From NCBI GenBank assembly GCA_036659935.1, contig JAVXBP010000003.1, positions 1 to 49,229 of the forward strand: a DNA stretch of 49,229 nt. The letters are read 5' to 3'. Of this stretch, positions 26,771 to 36,771 are shown piece after piece; the stretch's first letter is position 1, and each line of letters opens with the position of its first letter. Below the pieces are notes generated by a model. That model was not told the DNA's origin and searched no databases. It saw only the letters and a program-made list of their open reading frames with translations. Origin of the DNA: Clostridia bacterium. Its GTDB lineage: Bacteria; Bacillota; Clostridia; Christensenellales; UBA3700. The translations under genes were made by a program, and so were the position numbers.

Positions 26771-29700
26771 CGTCGTTTTCTCTCATTTTTATTTCTTCCA
26801 CTTCTTCTTCTGACAGAGTAAACATTCTGCTTTTGCCTTCCACTTTGACATAGTGCATATCCACCAACCAATCGAAAAGTTTTGCCGCGCGCGGATAGCC
26901 GACGCCCAATTTTTTCTGGAACAAGGTGACTGAAATGTTGCTATTCCAACGCAAACAAGTTTCCAACACTTCTATACACAGCTTGTCAGGCAGTGACGAT
27001 TGGCGTTTTTCGACAGGAATTTCTTCTTCTTCCTTTTTCTTCATAATAACGCTTTCTATGTTTTCGTCATAGTAATTTTCGTTGCGTTCGCGCACTTGTT
27101 TAAGCACGGCTTTTATCTCTGGGTTGTCGATAAACGCGCACTGAATTCTGCGTGGCGACGACATATTTTCGCCGAGATAAAGCATATCGCCCATGCGCAA
27201 AAGTTTTTCCGCGCCGTACATATCGAGAATGGTTCTGCTGTCTGCCCCACTCGAAACGCTGAATGCGATTCTCGTTGGCAGGTTGGCTTTGATTGTGCCC
27301 GTGATAACGTCAACTGACGGCCTTTGCGTCGCAAGAATAAGGTGTATTCCCGCCGCGCGCGCTTTCGCAGTCAAACGCTTTATAAGGCGCTCAAATTCCT
27401 TGCCTGTCTTGGACAAAATGATATCGCCGACCTCGTCGACAACAATCAAAATATATGGCATTTTTTCTTCGCCAGCGCTCAACTCTTTGTTATATTCCGA
27501 TATTTTGCTCACGTCTTTGTCAGCAAACTTGTGATAGCGTTCTTCCATCTCGTTGACAGCCCACTCAAGCGCGTTGATAACTTGTTGATCTTCTGTAATG
27601 ATGTTTGGCAACAACAAGTGTGGAATGTCGCGATATTTGTTGAATTCGACGACTTTTGGGTCAATCAAAATCAAGCGCAATTCTTGTGGCGAATATTTGT
27701 AAAGCAAGCTGCAAATCATTGCGTTGAGACAAACTGACTTGCCCGTGCCTGACGCGCCTGCGACGAGACCGTGCGGAAAGCCCGATATATCCGAGACATA
27801 ACACGTGCCGTCGATATCTTTTCCAAGCGCAAAAAACAGCCCTTTTGCAGGGTCAACATTGTTGAATTTTGGGCTTGTAATGATAGACTTCAAGCCAACA
27901 ATTCCGCTTTTGTGGTTAGGAATTTCTATACCGCAAAAACTCTTGCCAGGTATCGGCGCTTCTAGGCGCATTTGTGGAATTTCCAACCACATTGCCATAT
28001 CGTTAGCCTTGGCGGTGACCTTGCTCAACTCGGTTGTTGTCTCGAACTCAAGTCGAGAGAATCGCGGACCTTTGACAACGTTGATAACCTTGACATCAAT
28101 GCCAAAGCTCTTCATTTTTGACTCGAAAACTTGAATTTTTTCGTCAATATTGATATCGTCGTCGACGTTTTCGACATAATCGACAAGACAGCTGAGATCA
28201 GGCGGACAATAAGGCGAAATTTTCCTTGGTGGAGCGGTCACAATCGGCTTAACAACTTGCGTATTGTTTGCGTTTTGTCCGCCAAACGATATTGTCGGCT
28301 TGCCGTCGCCAGCATTATTGATTGAATTGTTGTAAGAATTGCCATTTGAATTGCCACTCAAATTGCCGTTTGCGTTGTTGTAAGAATTCCCGTTGTTCGG
28401 CTTGTAAGAATTGTTGCCGTTGTTGGAATTGTTGTTTGCGTTGTTGTAAGAATTATTTCCATTGCTTGAATTGTTGCTCACGTTGCCATTTGCGTTGCCA
28501 TAAGAATTGTTGCCATTGTTGGTCGAGGTTTGTCCACTCTCGCGTCTCGCCAGCATCTCGCGCTTTTTTTGCTCCAACAGCGCGCGTCTTTCTTCTCTTT
28601 CCGCGAGCATTTTTTCTTCTTTTATATCATTAAGCTTGCGTTCAATATCAGCGTTTTGCTCAGGTTTTTGAGCAAGCATATCGGCAATATTTTGCATAGG
28701 TTCTGGGTTTGTCGATGTTTGGTTGTCAATCTCTCTGCTGTCATTGTCAATGTTGTCCAATTGCTCAATCTCGTCACTTTCGTCGCTTTCCGTTGCAAAA
28801 TTCTTGTTGGAAACGTCAAAATTCGATTGAAAATTTTTCTCCATTCTTTCCAAAAAACTTGCCGTCGAGGAGCTTTGTTCGTTTGCATTATCCTCGTCAA
28901 CATGGTTTATTTTGTTGAGATTTTTTTCTATTTGTTCAAGGCGATGATTGTTGCAATAAGCCTTATATTCCATTGAATTGTCGACTTCTTTTGGCTTTTC
29001 GATTGTGGCGTTGTTTGTCGACTGCGGACGAACATAAGTGGAATTTTCGCCACGCAATTTGTTTTTTATCTCTGACGCGTCGACCTTTTTGTTGCCGCGA
29101 TTTGTTGCCGCGGACGAGTCGGAATATAATATTTCCAACGCTTTTTCTCTCGCGCTGTTAATCTTGTCGTCAACGTCGCTCGGGTCGACAAGGAACTCGT
29201 CATTTCCACTCTCCCCGACGATTTGTTCGTCAAGGTCGTTGAGTTCGTTTTCGAGTGGCACGTATGATATCGGCTTGTCCGCAAACTTGCGTGATATGTT
29301 GTCAGACAATTGCTTGCCACTGATTGTGCCATTGTAAAGCTTGCGGTCGTCTTGTTCTTGCGCGCTTTCTGCCACACGCTGATTTGGCTTGCGCATAACA
29401 ACATTTTGAACATTCTTTTTGTTCTTGTTTTTTCTTCCAACCGACTTAAAATTGATATCATATTTCAATTGCGCGACAATTATCAACGCGACCACGCCCA
29501 CCAAAAGCAGCGCAAAAAGTGACATTCCCAACGCGAACAATTTCGCAAAAGGATAGAACATTACTCCGCCAAGCGCACCGCCAGCCGTGTTGTGATTGAC
29601 ATAACAAGCCTTGATATAATCGCCATAAGACAGCGCCGACAATTCTCTCGCCGTGCCAAGGTGACACATTGCGACAATCAAAAACATCATCGCGATATAC

Positions 29701-29957
29701 AGAAAAATAACTCCGCCCGAACGCGACGGACGTTGCCCAAAAATATAAAGCAAGCCTATCGCCACGCCACCAAAAGCCAAGCCATAAATAGAATAGCCAA
29801 AAGTCCCCAACAGAAAATTTTTGACATAGTCGCCAGACTTGCCAAAAACGCCGCACATAATCAACGCAAGCAAACCAAACAGCCCAAAATATATCAAGCC
29901 ATTTAGAAACTTGCTGTCATTTACCTTTTCTTTTTTTGCATTTTTCTTCTTCGACAT
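26754..29957 (-). CDS. ftsK: DNA translocase FtsK/SpoIIIE
   Basis: N-terminal TM domain, long linker, PHGLVAGASGTGKS, LILIDPK, IVVDE, RAAGIHLILATQRPSVDVITG, gamma domain QKKLGVGYPRAAKL. Confidence 0.97.
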   Translation of the reverse strand: MSKKKNAKKEKVNDSKFLNGLIYFGLFGLLALIMCGVFGKSGDYVKNFLLGTFGYSIYGLAFGGVAIGLLYIFGQRPSRSGGVIFLYIAMMFLIVAMCHLGTARELSALSYGDYIKACYVNHNTAGGALGGVMFYPFAKLFALGMSLFALLLVGVVALIIVAQLKYDINFKSVGRKNKNKKNVQNVVMRKPNQRVAESAQEQDDRKLYNGTISGKQLSDNISRKFADKPISYVPLENELNDLDEQIVGESGNDEFLVDPSDVDDKINSAREKALEILYSDSSAATNRGNKKVDASEIKNKLRGENSTYVRPQSTNNATIEKPKEVDNSMEYKAYCNNHRLEQIEKNLNKINHVDEDNANEQSSSTASFLERMEKNFQSNFDVSNKNFATESDESDEIEQLDNIDNDSREIDNQTSTNPEPMQNIADMLAQKPEQNADIERKLNDIKEEKMLAEREERRALLEQKKREMLARRESGQTSTNNGNNSYGNANGNVSNNSSNGNNSYNNANNNSNNGNNSYKPNNGNSYNNANGNLSGNSNGNSYNNSINNAGDGKPTISFGGQNANNTQVVKPIVTAPPRKISPYCPPDLSCLVDYVENVDDDINIDEKIQVFESKMKSFGIDVKVINVVKGPRFSRLEFETTTELSKVTAKANDMAMWLEIPQMRLEAPIPGKSFCGIEIPNHKSGIVGLKSIITSPKFNNVDPAKGLFFALGKDIDGTCYVSDISGFPHGLVAGASGTGKSVCLNAMICSLLYKYSPQELRLILIDPKVVEFNKYRDIPHLLLPNIITEDQQVINALEWAVNEMEERYHKFADKDVSKISEYNKELSAGEEKMPYILIVVDEVGDIILSKTGKEFERLIKRLTAKARAAGIHLILATQRPSVDVITGTIKANLPTRIAFSVSSGADSRTILDMYGAEKLLRMGDMLYLGENMSSPRRIQCAFIDNPEIKAVLKQVRERNENYYDENIESVIMKKKEEEEIPVEKRQSSLPDKLCIEVLETCLRWNSNISVTLFQKKLGVGYPRAAKLFDWLVDMHYVKVEGKSRMFTLSEEEVEEIKMRENDGDDSE
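28313..28525 (-). repeat. Asn-rich NGN(N)SY coding repeats in the FtsK linker
   Basis: taagaatt core at 28333, 28381, 28405, 28447, 28501. Confidence 0.85.
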
Positions 29958-30026
29958 TTCTTCCCCGTCACTCTTTCAAAAAATTTCCGCTTACAAAAAC
30001 GCATTTACACGCTATTGTACTATTGC

Positions 30027-30055
30027 ATTATACCATACCCAGCCGTCAATTTCAA
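30027..30055 (-). promoter_or_regulatory. Sigma-A promoter of the ftsK operon
   Basis: TTGAAA-17nt (ending TGG)-TATAAT. Confidence 0.72.
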
Positions 30056-30117
30056 TAACTAAACCTAAAATTTATTTATATTTTTAAAATATTTTATATT
30101 AATATGTTTGTAAGCGC

Positions 30118-30153
30118 AAAAAACGCGCGAATTTTGCCCCGCGCGAATTTTTT
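30118..30153 (-). terminator. Putative terminator after the M16 peptidase gene
   Basis: cgcgcg..cgcgcg self-complementary stem flanked by A/T tracts. Confidence 0.55.
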
Positions 30154-30184
30154 TACAAATTTACAATCAATTTTACAATTGAGT

Positions 30185-31447
30185 TTACTTGTTTATAATT
30201 TCCAACAAATTGCTGTCGAGTTTTTTGCCAATATAGGATATGCTTGCCTTGGATATATCGAAAGATTTGTCAATCGCCTCTTGCACTTCGGCATAACTCA
30301 ACGACTCAATTTGCTTTATTTTTTTGTCAAAGTCAAAATATTCGTTGTTGTACAAGGCGCTTTTCGCATACAATCTCATCAAAACTGACGTGCTTTCTTG
30401 CCCCAAAACATAAGTGCCTATCAATTGTTGCTTTCCGCGCGCAAACTCTTTCTGCGACAGTCCGTTCTTGCGGATATCTTTGATCAATGTTGCGGTGCTG
30501 TCCAACGCTTTCTCGACCGAGTCGGTGTTTGTGCCGATATAAAGCGTCATAATTCCGTTGTTGACATAATAAGACGGATAAGAAAAAACATTGTAAGCAA
30601 GCCCTTGCTTCTCTCTGATTTCTTGGAACATTCGCGAGCTCATTCCTCCGCCGACAATGTTGTTGACGAGCATAAGCGCCATGTCGAGCTTGCTCGAAAA
30701 CTCAATGCTTGGCATTGTGAGCGCAATGTTTGCTTGCTCGATATCTTTTATTTTTTTGACATATTTCGGATGAGTTTTGCAAATTTCGTCTTCCCACTTG
30801 CGTGTTTTGTTGATGTTAAAATTCCCTTCAAAATAAGTCTCGACCAATCTTTTTGCTTCGTCGAAAGATATGTTGCCGACGATTGAGATAACGGTATCTT
30901 TCGCGCAATAATTTTCTGCGATATAGTCGATTATTTGTTGGCGAGAAAAGTTTTTGACATTCTTTCTCGTGCCAAGAATTTCCATTCCAAGCGGATTTTT
31001 GCCAAAATAAGCTTCTGCGGACATATCGAGACACAAGTCGGAATATTCGTCTTGACTCATTGATATTTCTTCCAACACAACGCCCTTTTCTTTTTCCATT
31101 TCGCCCTCGTCAAAGGTGGAATTAAAAAGCAAGTCGCTCAAAATTTCCGCGCATTTTTCCGCTTGATTGTCCACGCTGAGCGTATAGAAACAAGTCGATT
31201 GCTTGGCAGTGTAAGCGTTTACTTGCGCGCCAATTCCGTCGATTTCTTCAACGATATTAAAGGACGAACGAGTCGTTGTCCCCTTGAAAAGCATATGCTC
31301 AATAAAGTGCGATATGCCGTTGTTTTCCGCCGTTTCGTTGCCACAGCCAGCGGCGGTCAAAATGGATACTCCCACTGACCTGACGCTCATAAGCTTTTTG
31401 TGCGCAAGTCTTAACCCGCTTGCAAAGGTATATATACAATTTTCCAT
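30185..31447 (-). CDS. M16 family zinc peptidase (MlpA/YmxG-like)
   Basis: GISHFIEHMLFKGT (HxxEH), NAYT, GGGMSSRMFQEIREKQGLAY. Confidence 0.95.
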   Translation of the reverse strand: MENCIYTFASGLRLAHKKLMSVRSVGVSILTAAGCGNETAENNGISHFIEHMLFKGTTTRSSFNIVEEIDGIGAQVNAYTAKQSTCFYTLSVDNQAEKCAEILSDLLFNSTFDEGEMEKEKGVVLEEISMSQDEYSDLCLDMSAEAYFGKNPLGMEILGTRKNVKNFSRQQIIDYIAENYCAKDTVISIVGNISFDEAKRLVETYFEGNFNINKTRKWEDEICKTHPKYVKKIKDIEQANIALTMPSIEFSSKLDMALMLVNNIVGGGMSSRMFQEIREKQGLAYNVFSYPSYYVNNGIMTLYIGTNTDSVEKALDSTATLIKDIRKNGLSQKEFARGKQQLIGTYVLGQESTSVLMRLYAKSALYNNEYFDFDKKIKQIESLSYAEVQEAIDKSFDISKASISYIGKKLDSNLLEIINK

Positions 31448-31453
31448 AATCTT

Positions 31454-31482
31454 ATTATATTCAATTGTTTACACTTTGTAAA
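31454..31482 (-). promoter_or_regulatory. Sigma-A promoter of the M16 peptidase gene, leaderless geometry
   Basis: TTTACA-17nt-TATAAT-6nt-ATG, no SD. Confidence 0.78.
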
Positions 31483-31585
31483 GAAATAAACCAACACTTT
31501 ATGACAATTCGCAGTTTTATTTGTACAATTGATATTATTTTACACTTTTTTTGACTTTCCGACGCTTTTTATGACATTGCAATCT

Positions 31586-32311
31586 TTATATCACCGCATT
31601 GTCAATAATTTGACTGACTGTCACCGCCCTGAGATTTTTTTCTTTGTAATCTTTGAGAATTTTTGGCAAGGCTTGCAGCGTGTGCGCCGTCGGGTGCATA
31701 AGAATCAAGTCGCCGCTTTCAACGTTTTTTGTAGCGCGTTGCAAGACAACGTTCCAGTCTTTGTCGCGCCAATCGACGGTGTCTTTGCTCCACATAATCA
31801 CAGGCATACGCAGTTCTTTCGCAACGGAAAGCGTTGTGTTGCCAAAGCTTCCGCTCGGTGGCGCAAACAGCTTGACATCATATCCAGCGACTTGTTTTAC
31901 AAGCTCGTTTGTGGCGACGATTTCATCTTTGTTTTGTGCGTAAGTCAACTTTTTGTGGTCCTTGTGGAAGTAGCCGTGATTGCCAATTTCGTGTCCTCCG
32001 TCGATGATTTTTTTCAAATATTCCTTGTTGTCGAGCGCCCAAGTTCCGCCGACAAAAAAGGTGCAGCGCGCGTCATTTTTCGCAAGAACTTCAAGAATTT
32101 CGTCCAAATATTCGCTCCCCCAATAGACATTTATCATCAAAGAAACTTCATTTCGCGCGGTGTTGCCCTTATAGAACGGCGAGTCATCCACCTTGTAGAC
32201 AGCCATTGACTTGTTGTAAGTCGTAAAAGTCAGCGTTCCAAGCCCGACGAGCATACAAACTATGCAAATATTCGCGATAATCGAATACCATTTTCCATTT
32301 TTCTCTCTCAT
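31586..32311 (-). CDS. Sporulation polysaccharide deacetylase family protein (YlxY/PdaB-like)
   Basis: N-terminal TM, VSLMINVYWG, TFFVGG.W, HEIGNHG..H, FAPPSGSF, DTVDW, ILMHPT; upstream of the M16 peptidase as ylxY-mlpA. Confidence 0.9.
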   Translation of the reverse strand: MREKNGKWYSIIANICIVCMLVGLGTLTFTTYNKSMAVYKVDDSPFYKGNTARNEVSLMINVYWGSEYLDEILEVLAKNDARCTFFVGGTWALDNKEYLKKIIDGGHEIGNHGYFHKDHKKLTYAQNKDEIVATNELVKQVAGYDVKLFAPPSGSFGNTTLSVAKELRMPVIMWSKDTVDWRDKDWNVVLQRATKNVESGDLILMHPTAHTLQALPKILKDYKEKNLRAVTVSQIIDNAVI

Positions 32312-32347
32312 ATCAATTCTCCGTTGCGGCTGCGGTTATTCTTCTAG

Positions 32348-32376
32348 AATATATGAGAGCGAGCCAAATAATATGA
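32348..32376 (-). promoter_or_regulatory. SigE promoter of the deacetylase gene
   Basis: TCATATT-14nt-CATATATT, close to the B. subtilis SigE consensus. Confidence 0.72.
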
Positions 32377-32428
32377 GAGACAAATTTATTCTTTGCCGTA
32401 AAAACGTGTCTTGAGCGTTACAAAATTC

Positions 32429-33985
32429 TCAAACGCTTTTTGACTTACAAAATATTTTTCTACAAATGTTTTTTGCCATTCTTGCATAACTTTTGAATTC
32501 TTTTGTCCAACACGTCGCCAACGCGAAAATTAAATTTGTCCCAACTGCGACAATCAACAGCTTCAACACAAAATATCCTGCCGAGTTCGGCAAAAAGTTT
32601 GTGAGAAAGAACATTGCCGCGGCTGTCATCGCCATAAGGAGAAAAAAGCTCAAATATTTTGCCCAATATTTTGCAAAAAACTTTTCCTTGAAGTGATATT
32701 TTGACAAGATATAAGGCTCGCGCCACAATGACGTCGCCACGCAACTTGCGAATGTGCCAACAAAAACGCCATTCAAGCCAATCACTCGCACAAGCGCGAT
32801 TGAGACGACGATATTCAGCGCGCTTTCTATCAACGGTCTCAACCTGTCCTTGACAAAAAGTCCGCTCGTATTTATAAACGCGCCCACCGCCCCCTTGGAC
32901 GAAAGCAGAAAAAAGTTGAGGCATATCCACAACACCGAGCTTGTCGGCAAGGTCAATTCGACAGACTGCCAAACGATAATAAACGGTTGGAAAAGCGCGA
33001 ACATTCCGACCGCGCAAAAGCTTGTTATCCACAAATTGAGAAACAAAATTTTGTCGAAAATTTCACTTTCTCGGCGCAAGTCTTTCGACGCAATCAGGTT
33101 GCCAATGCTCGGCATAAGGTTGGACATAATTTGAGCGACAAGCAAATTTATCGCCGCCACAATCAGCGTATAGTTCGAATATATTCCGCCCACTCCCAGC
33201 CCTACAAAGGCGGTTATTACAATTCTGTCCGTGCTCGACAGCGCGACATAGCCCACTTTGTGCAGCATCAGCGCCGACGTATCTCGCAGAATAATTTTCT
33301 TTTCTTCCTTGTCCAATTTCTCTTTTGTGGCGAAAACTTCTTTGTATTTTTTGCTGATAAAAAGTGAAAAAACATAGTTGGAAAGCAACTGAATAATTAT
33401 GCTTGCCACGAGCGTGAACAAATAATTTTTTGTCGCGAACAAAACCGCCAACATCGCCACATTTTTTGCTATGTTGCACAACATATTGAAAAGCGAAACG
33501 GTCTGACCGTGTTGGTCAACCGTCAAAAGCGATTGCTTGTAAGAAAACAAATAAGTCGACAGCGTTTGGACAAGAAACAACGAATAAATCAAATAAATAT
33601 TTACGTCGGCAGGAATTTCGCTCGCATCGTTGATAAAAAATTGCAAAAACGGCATTATCAACAGCCCAAGAGCCGCCACCACAAGCGCGACAACGCGATA
33701 AACTGTCTTGTAAAAGTTCATAATTTTGCCGACTTTTGCATTATCTTCGCTACAAACTGGCTCGTACAAGCGATAAATTATCGCCGTGCCAATGCCCAAT
33801 TCCGCCAAAGAAAGCAACCCGAGAATGTCAGTAAACAAACCGTTCAAGCCAAGATATTCCACCGACAAAACATAGAGAAATGCCGTTCTATAAGCAAAAG
33901 ACATAACGATTGAGATAATTTGATTGATTATTCCAAGCGTTGAAGCTTTCAAAGAATTTTCTATCCTTGACTTTTTGTTAAACAT
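32429..33985 (-). CDS. Polysaccharide flippase (Wzx/MOP family)
   Basis: Many TM segments, YLGLNGLF.DIL..LSLAELGIG.AI.Y.LY.P, STD..VI, YSNY, PSIGN. Confidence 0.9.
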   Translation of the reverse strand: MFNKKSRIENSLKASTLGIINQIISIVMSFAYRTAFLYVLSVEYLGLNGLFTDILGLLSLAELGIGTAIIYRLYEPVCSEDNAKVGKIMNFYKTVYRVVALVVAALGLLIMPFLQFFINDASEIPADVNIYLIYSLFLVQTLSTYLFSYKQSLLTVDQHGQTVSLFNMLCNIAKNVAMLAVLFATKNYLFTLVASIIIQLLSNYVFSLFISKKYKEVFATKEKLDKEEKKIILRDTSALMLHKVGYVALSSTDRIVITAFVGLGVGGIYSNYTLIVAAINLLVAQIMSNLMPSIGNLIASKDLRRESEIFDKILFLNLWITSFCAVGMFALFQPFIIVWQSVELTLPTSSVLWICLNFFLLSSKGAVGAFINTSGLFVKDRLRPLIESALNIVVSIALVRVIGLNGVFVGTFASCVATSLWREPYILSKYHFKEKFFAKYWAKYLSFFLLMAMTAAAMFFLTNFLPNSAGYFVLKLLIVAVGTNLIFALATCWTKEFKSYARMAKNICRKIFCKSKSV

Positions 33986-34002
33986 TTTTTCCTTGCTATT
34001 TT

Positions 34003-35250
34003 CTATTTTTTTGATATTACTTGAGCCTTTTTAATTTTTTGCAAATTTTTATTTGCCAGTTCAATATATATTTGTTCGACCATTTTTACGGTGTTTTTTA
34101 TATCATAATTTTTTATTTTTTCATTGAAAGTCGCCTTTCTGTCACACTTTTTTTCGACGATAATTTTCGCCCACTCCTGCGGTGATTGAGCGAGAGAAAG
34201 CGCAAAGCACTTGTTAGAAAAAACCCCTTCTTCCGCTATCACTCCACTGTGGAAAACATTTACGCCCGACGCTTGCGCCTCTTGCCCGACAAGGCTCAAC
34301 CCCTCGAACAGCGACGGAAAAACAAAGGCGTCCATTCCTTGCAACAGCTCGTTTACATTGTCGCGCGCGCCAAGAAACTTGACTTTGCTTTCTATTTGCA
34401 AGTCGCGAGCAAGCAATTTTATTTGGTTTTCCAACTCGCCTTTTCCGACAAGCCACAATTGCGAATTTTCTCTCAACTTGCAAACTTCCGCAAATATTTC
34501 CAAGAGAAACTTATGGTTTTTTTGACCGTCCAATCGCCCCACGTGACCGATTACAAACTCGTCGTTTGCGTTCAATTCTTGCCTGACTTTTTCTCGGGCT
34601 TTTTGGTCGAATGCAAATTTGTCCAACTCAACGCCATTGTTTATGACAAAAATTTTTTCTTTTTCAACCGCTTGCTCGCAAACTTCAAATTTGTCCAACT
34701 CAATGTTGTTTTTTATGTTCGCAATTTTTCCATTTTCCGTCGTTCGCTTTTTTGTCGCGCGCTTGCCATAGAGCCATTCTGACGCGCCGACGGAACACGC
34801 AAATCGCGTAATATTTTTCTTGGGGACAAAGGGCTTGAATATCTTGTGCAACAGCGGACGCGGAGCGTTGGAGTTGTGACTGTGCGTGATAATATTTGCA
34901 AAGCCAGCCTTGCGAAACTCTCGTACGCTCACACAAAAGCTAAAAGCGTGACAATTGTGCAAATGAACAACGTCATATTCGCGCGCAATCGCTTTCAAAA
35001 ATTCGATATTCGCGCGACTTGAGAAAAAATATTTTGTTATTTTGTTACCCTTTTTTATTTGTGGCAAAAAAAGAATTTTTCCGCCCAAAGCGCAAATTTC
35101 TTGGTCAAAATCAAACGGCCTTTTGTCCGAACAAAGAAAATCAAATTGGAATTTTTCCCTGTCAATATTGCGGAAAAGATTCATTACAAACGTCTCTTGT
35201 CCGCCACGATCCATGCTCGGAAGGCATTGCAAAACTTTTATTTTTGTCAT
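34003..35250 (-). CDS. Glycosyltransferase, GT-B/GT4 (EpsF-like)
   Basis: MDRGGQETFVMN..RNIDR, HSHNS, GHVGRL..QKNH.FL, FPSLFEGL..EAQASG. Confidence 0.92.
   Translation of the reverse strand: MTKIKVLQCLPSMDRGGQETFVMNLFRNIDREKFQFDFLCSDKRPFDFDQEICALGGKILFLPQIKKGNKITKYFFSSRANIEFLKAIAREYDVVHLHNCHAFSFCVSVREFRKAGFANIITHSHNSNAPRPLLHKIFKPFVPKKNITRFACSVGASEWLYGKRATKKRTTENGKIANIKNNIELDKFEVCEQAVEKEKIFVINNGVELDKFAFDQKAREKVRQELNANDEFVIGHVGRLDGQKNHKFLLEIFAEVCKLRENSQLWLVGKGELENQIKLLARDLQIESKVKFLGARDNVNELLQGMDAFVFPSLFEGLSLVGQEAQASGVNVFHSGVIAEEGVFSNKCFALSLAQSPQEWAKIIVEKKCDRKATFNEKIKNYDIKNTVKMVEQIYIELANKNLQKIKKAQVISKK
34614..34740 (-). repeat. In-frame 72-nt (24 aa) internal duplication
   Basis: caaatttgtccaactcaa at 34614-34631 and 34686-34703; protein NNIELDKF vs NGVELDKF. 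Confidence 0.85.
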
Positions 35251-35262
35251 TCTTTTCTCCTT

Positions 35263-36747
35263 TTATTTGCCGACGAATTCCCACAAAAAGCTTAATTCTT
35301 GCAGTTTGTCGACAAAGAAATATCCGTTGAAATATAATAGCAATCTCGCGGTCAAATATGCCGTCATAAACAAACTTGTGCATATATATGGAATTGATAT
35401 TTTGCAATCAATCGCAAGCTTGTTTTTCTTGAATATAACGGCGTCGCTCACACAATGACGGAGCTCGAAAAGTACGTTTTTCGTATTTTTCGTATTTTGC
35501 TTATTTTGCGCGCTTGCTGTTCGGCATATCCTATTTGCAAAATTTTCTTCTTTGAACTTCTGCAACATATAAGGAATTATAACCACAAAACCTAGCTCAA
35601 TGAGTATTGACATTCTTCCGAACACTATAATTTTGTAGCTTATCATTCCGACTGCAAAGCCAAGAACCATATAGATTACCGCCAACAAAACGCTGTTTTT
35701 GTCGCAAAAAGTGTGGTTGTAGACTGCGATTATCGCAAACATAGGCAAGAAATATACAAACTGCGCGACGCCAAAATTTGCGCCCAAATCTTCCAAAACA
35801 TATTGATATTTTTGCATAAACGGAATTGTCTCTATCGCGAGTGGCAAAAGCGTGAGCGCGCCAATTGTACCGACAAGAAATATCATTGCTATCAAGGAAT
35901 ATTGTTGATAATCTTGCAGTTTTGAGCTTTTGAATATCCTGAAAATTATCATCGGAACAAACATCATCAGCGAAGTATAATGAATGGAAAAAGCAATCGC
36001 GACAAACAAAATTGCAAGTGTTTTTTTGTCCTTGCAAAGAAAGTATCCCGACAGCAAACAAAGCGCCGCCGACAAATATATTCTTGTCAAATTGAACATT
36101 TGGAAATAGAATATCGACACATACATCAACACTGCAAAACCAATATTTATTTGTTGTCGCAACAAAAATATTACAACAAAATTGAGCGCGACGACAAAAA
36201 CTGATATCACCGCGACCACAACATAAGGGTTGACAAAAACCGCTTTCAAAACAATACAAATAAGCTCAAAGCCAAATTCGAGTTGCGGGTCAAGCAGGCT
36301 TTGCCACGTCACCTTGTCAATAATATTTGTATATGATTCTCTGTCCATGCCCGTCACCGCCAAAAACGCGAACAGCGCAAGCGTGAGAAAACTGAGCGAA
36401 AAAAATAAATAACTGAACTTATTTTGCGTCTCCAGCGCTTTACTTTTGCCACTCGGAGAACTACTTTTTGCATTGTTGATTTGTGGTTCTTTTGTATTGC
36501 TTTTTCCATTTTGAAAGCTATTTTTTATATTAGTTATTTGTACCTTTTTCGGTTTATTATTATCATTTTGAAAGCTATTTTTTATATTACTTATTCGTGG
36601 CTTTATTGTTATGTTTTTATCATTTTGCAAACTACTTTTTGACTTGAGCGATTGCGACAAAAATGCAAAAACAACGGCGACAACTGCCACCGCCAAATAT
36701 ATAAACAAATTGATAATATACTGACTGTTTGCAAAAATTTCTTTCAT
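35263..36747 (-). CDS. EpsG-family polysaccharide polymerase (Wzy-like)
   Basis: Multi-TM, G.D..SY, EFGF, FNLTR..L, A.SIHYTS, and position in a GT/flippase cluster. Confidence 0.82.
   Translation of the reverse strand: MKEIFANSQYIINLFIYLAVAVVAVVFAFLSQSLKSKSSLQNDKNITIKPRISNIKNSFQNDNNKPKKVQITNIKNSFQNGKSNTKEPQINNAKSSSPSGKSKALETQNKFSYLFFSLSFLTLALFAFLAVTGMDRESYTNIIDKVTWQSLLDPQLEFGFELICIVLKAVFVNPYVVVAVISVFVVALNFVVIFLLRQQINIGFAVLMYVSIFYFQMFNLTRIYLSAALCLLSGYFLCKDKKTLAILFVAIAFSIHYTSLMMFVPMIIFRIFKSSKLQDYQQYSLIAMIFLVGTIGALTLLPLAIETIPFMQKYQYVLEDLGANFGVAQFVYFLPMFAIIAVYNHTFCDKNSVLLAVIYMVLGFAVGMISYKIIVFGRMSILIELGFVVIIPYMLQKFKEENFANRICRTASAQNKQNTKNTKNVLFELRHCVSDAVIFKKNKLAIDCKISIPYICTSLFMTAYLTARLLLYFNGYFFVDKLQELSFLWEFVGK
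36420..36645 (-). repeat. Four degenerate 57-nt (19 aa) tandem units inserted after TM1 of the polymerase
   Basis: cattttgaaagctattttttatatta identical at 36507 and 36564, weaker copies at 36450 and 36621. Confidence 0.85.
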
Positions 36748-36771
36748 TTTCTCGCTTTACTTATTTACTTT

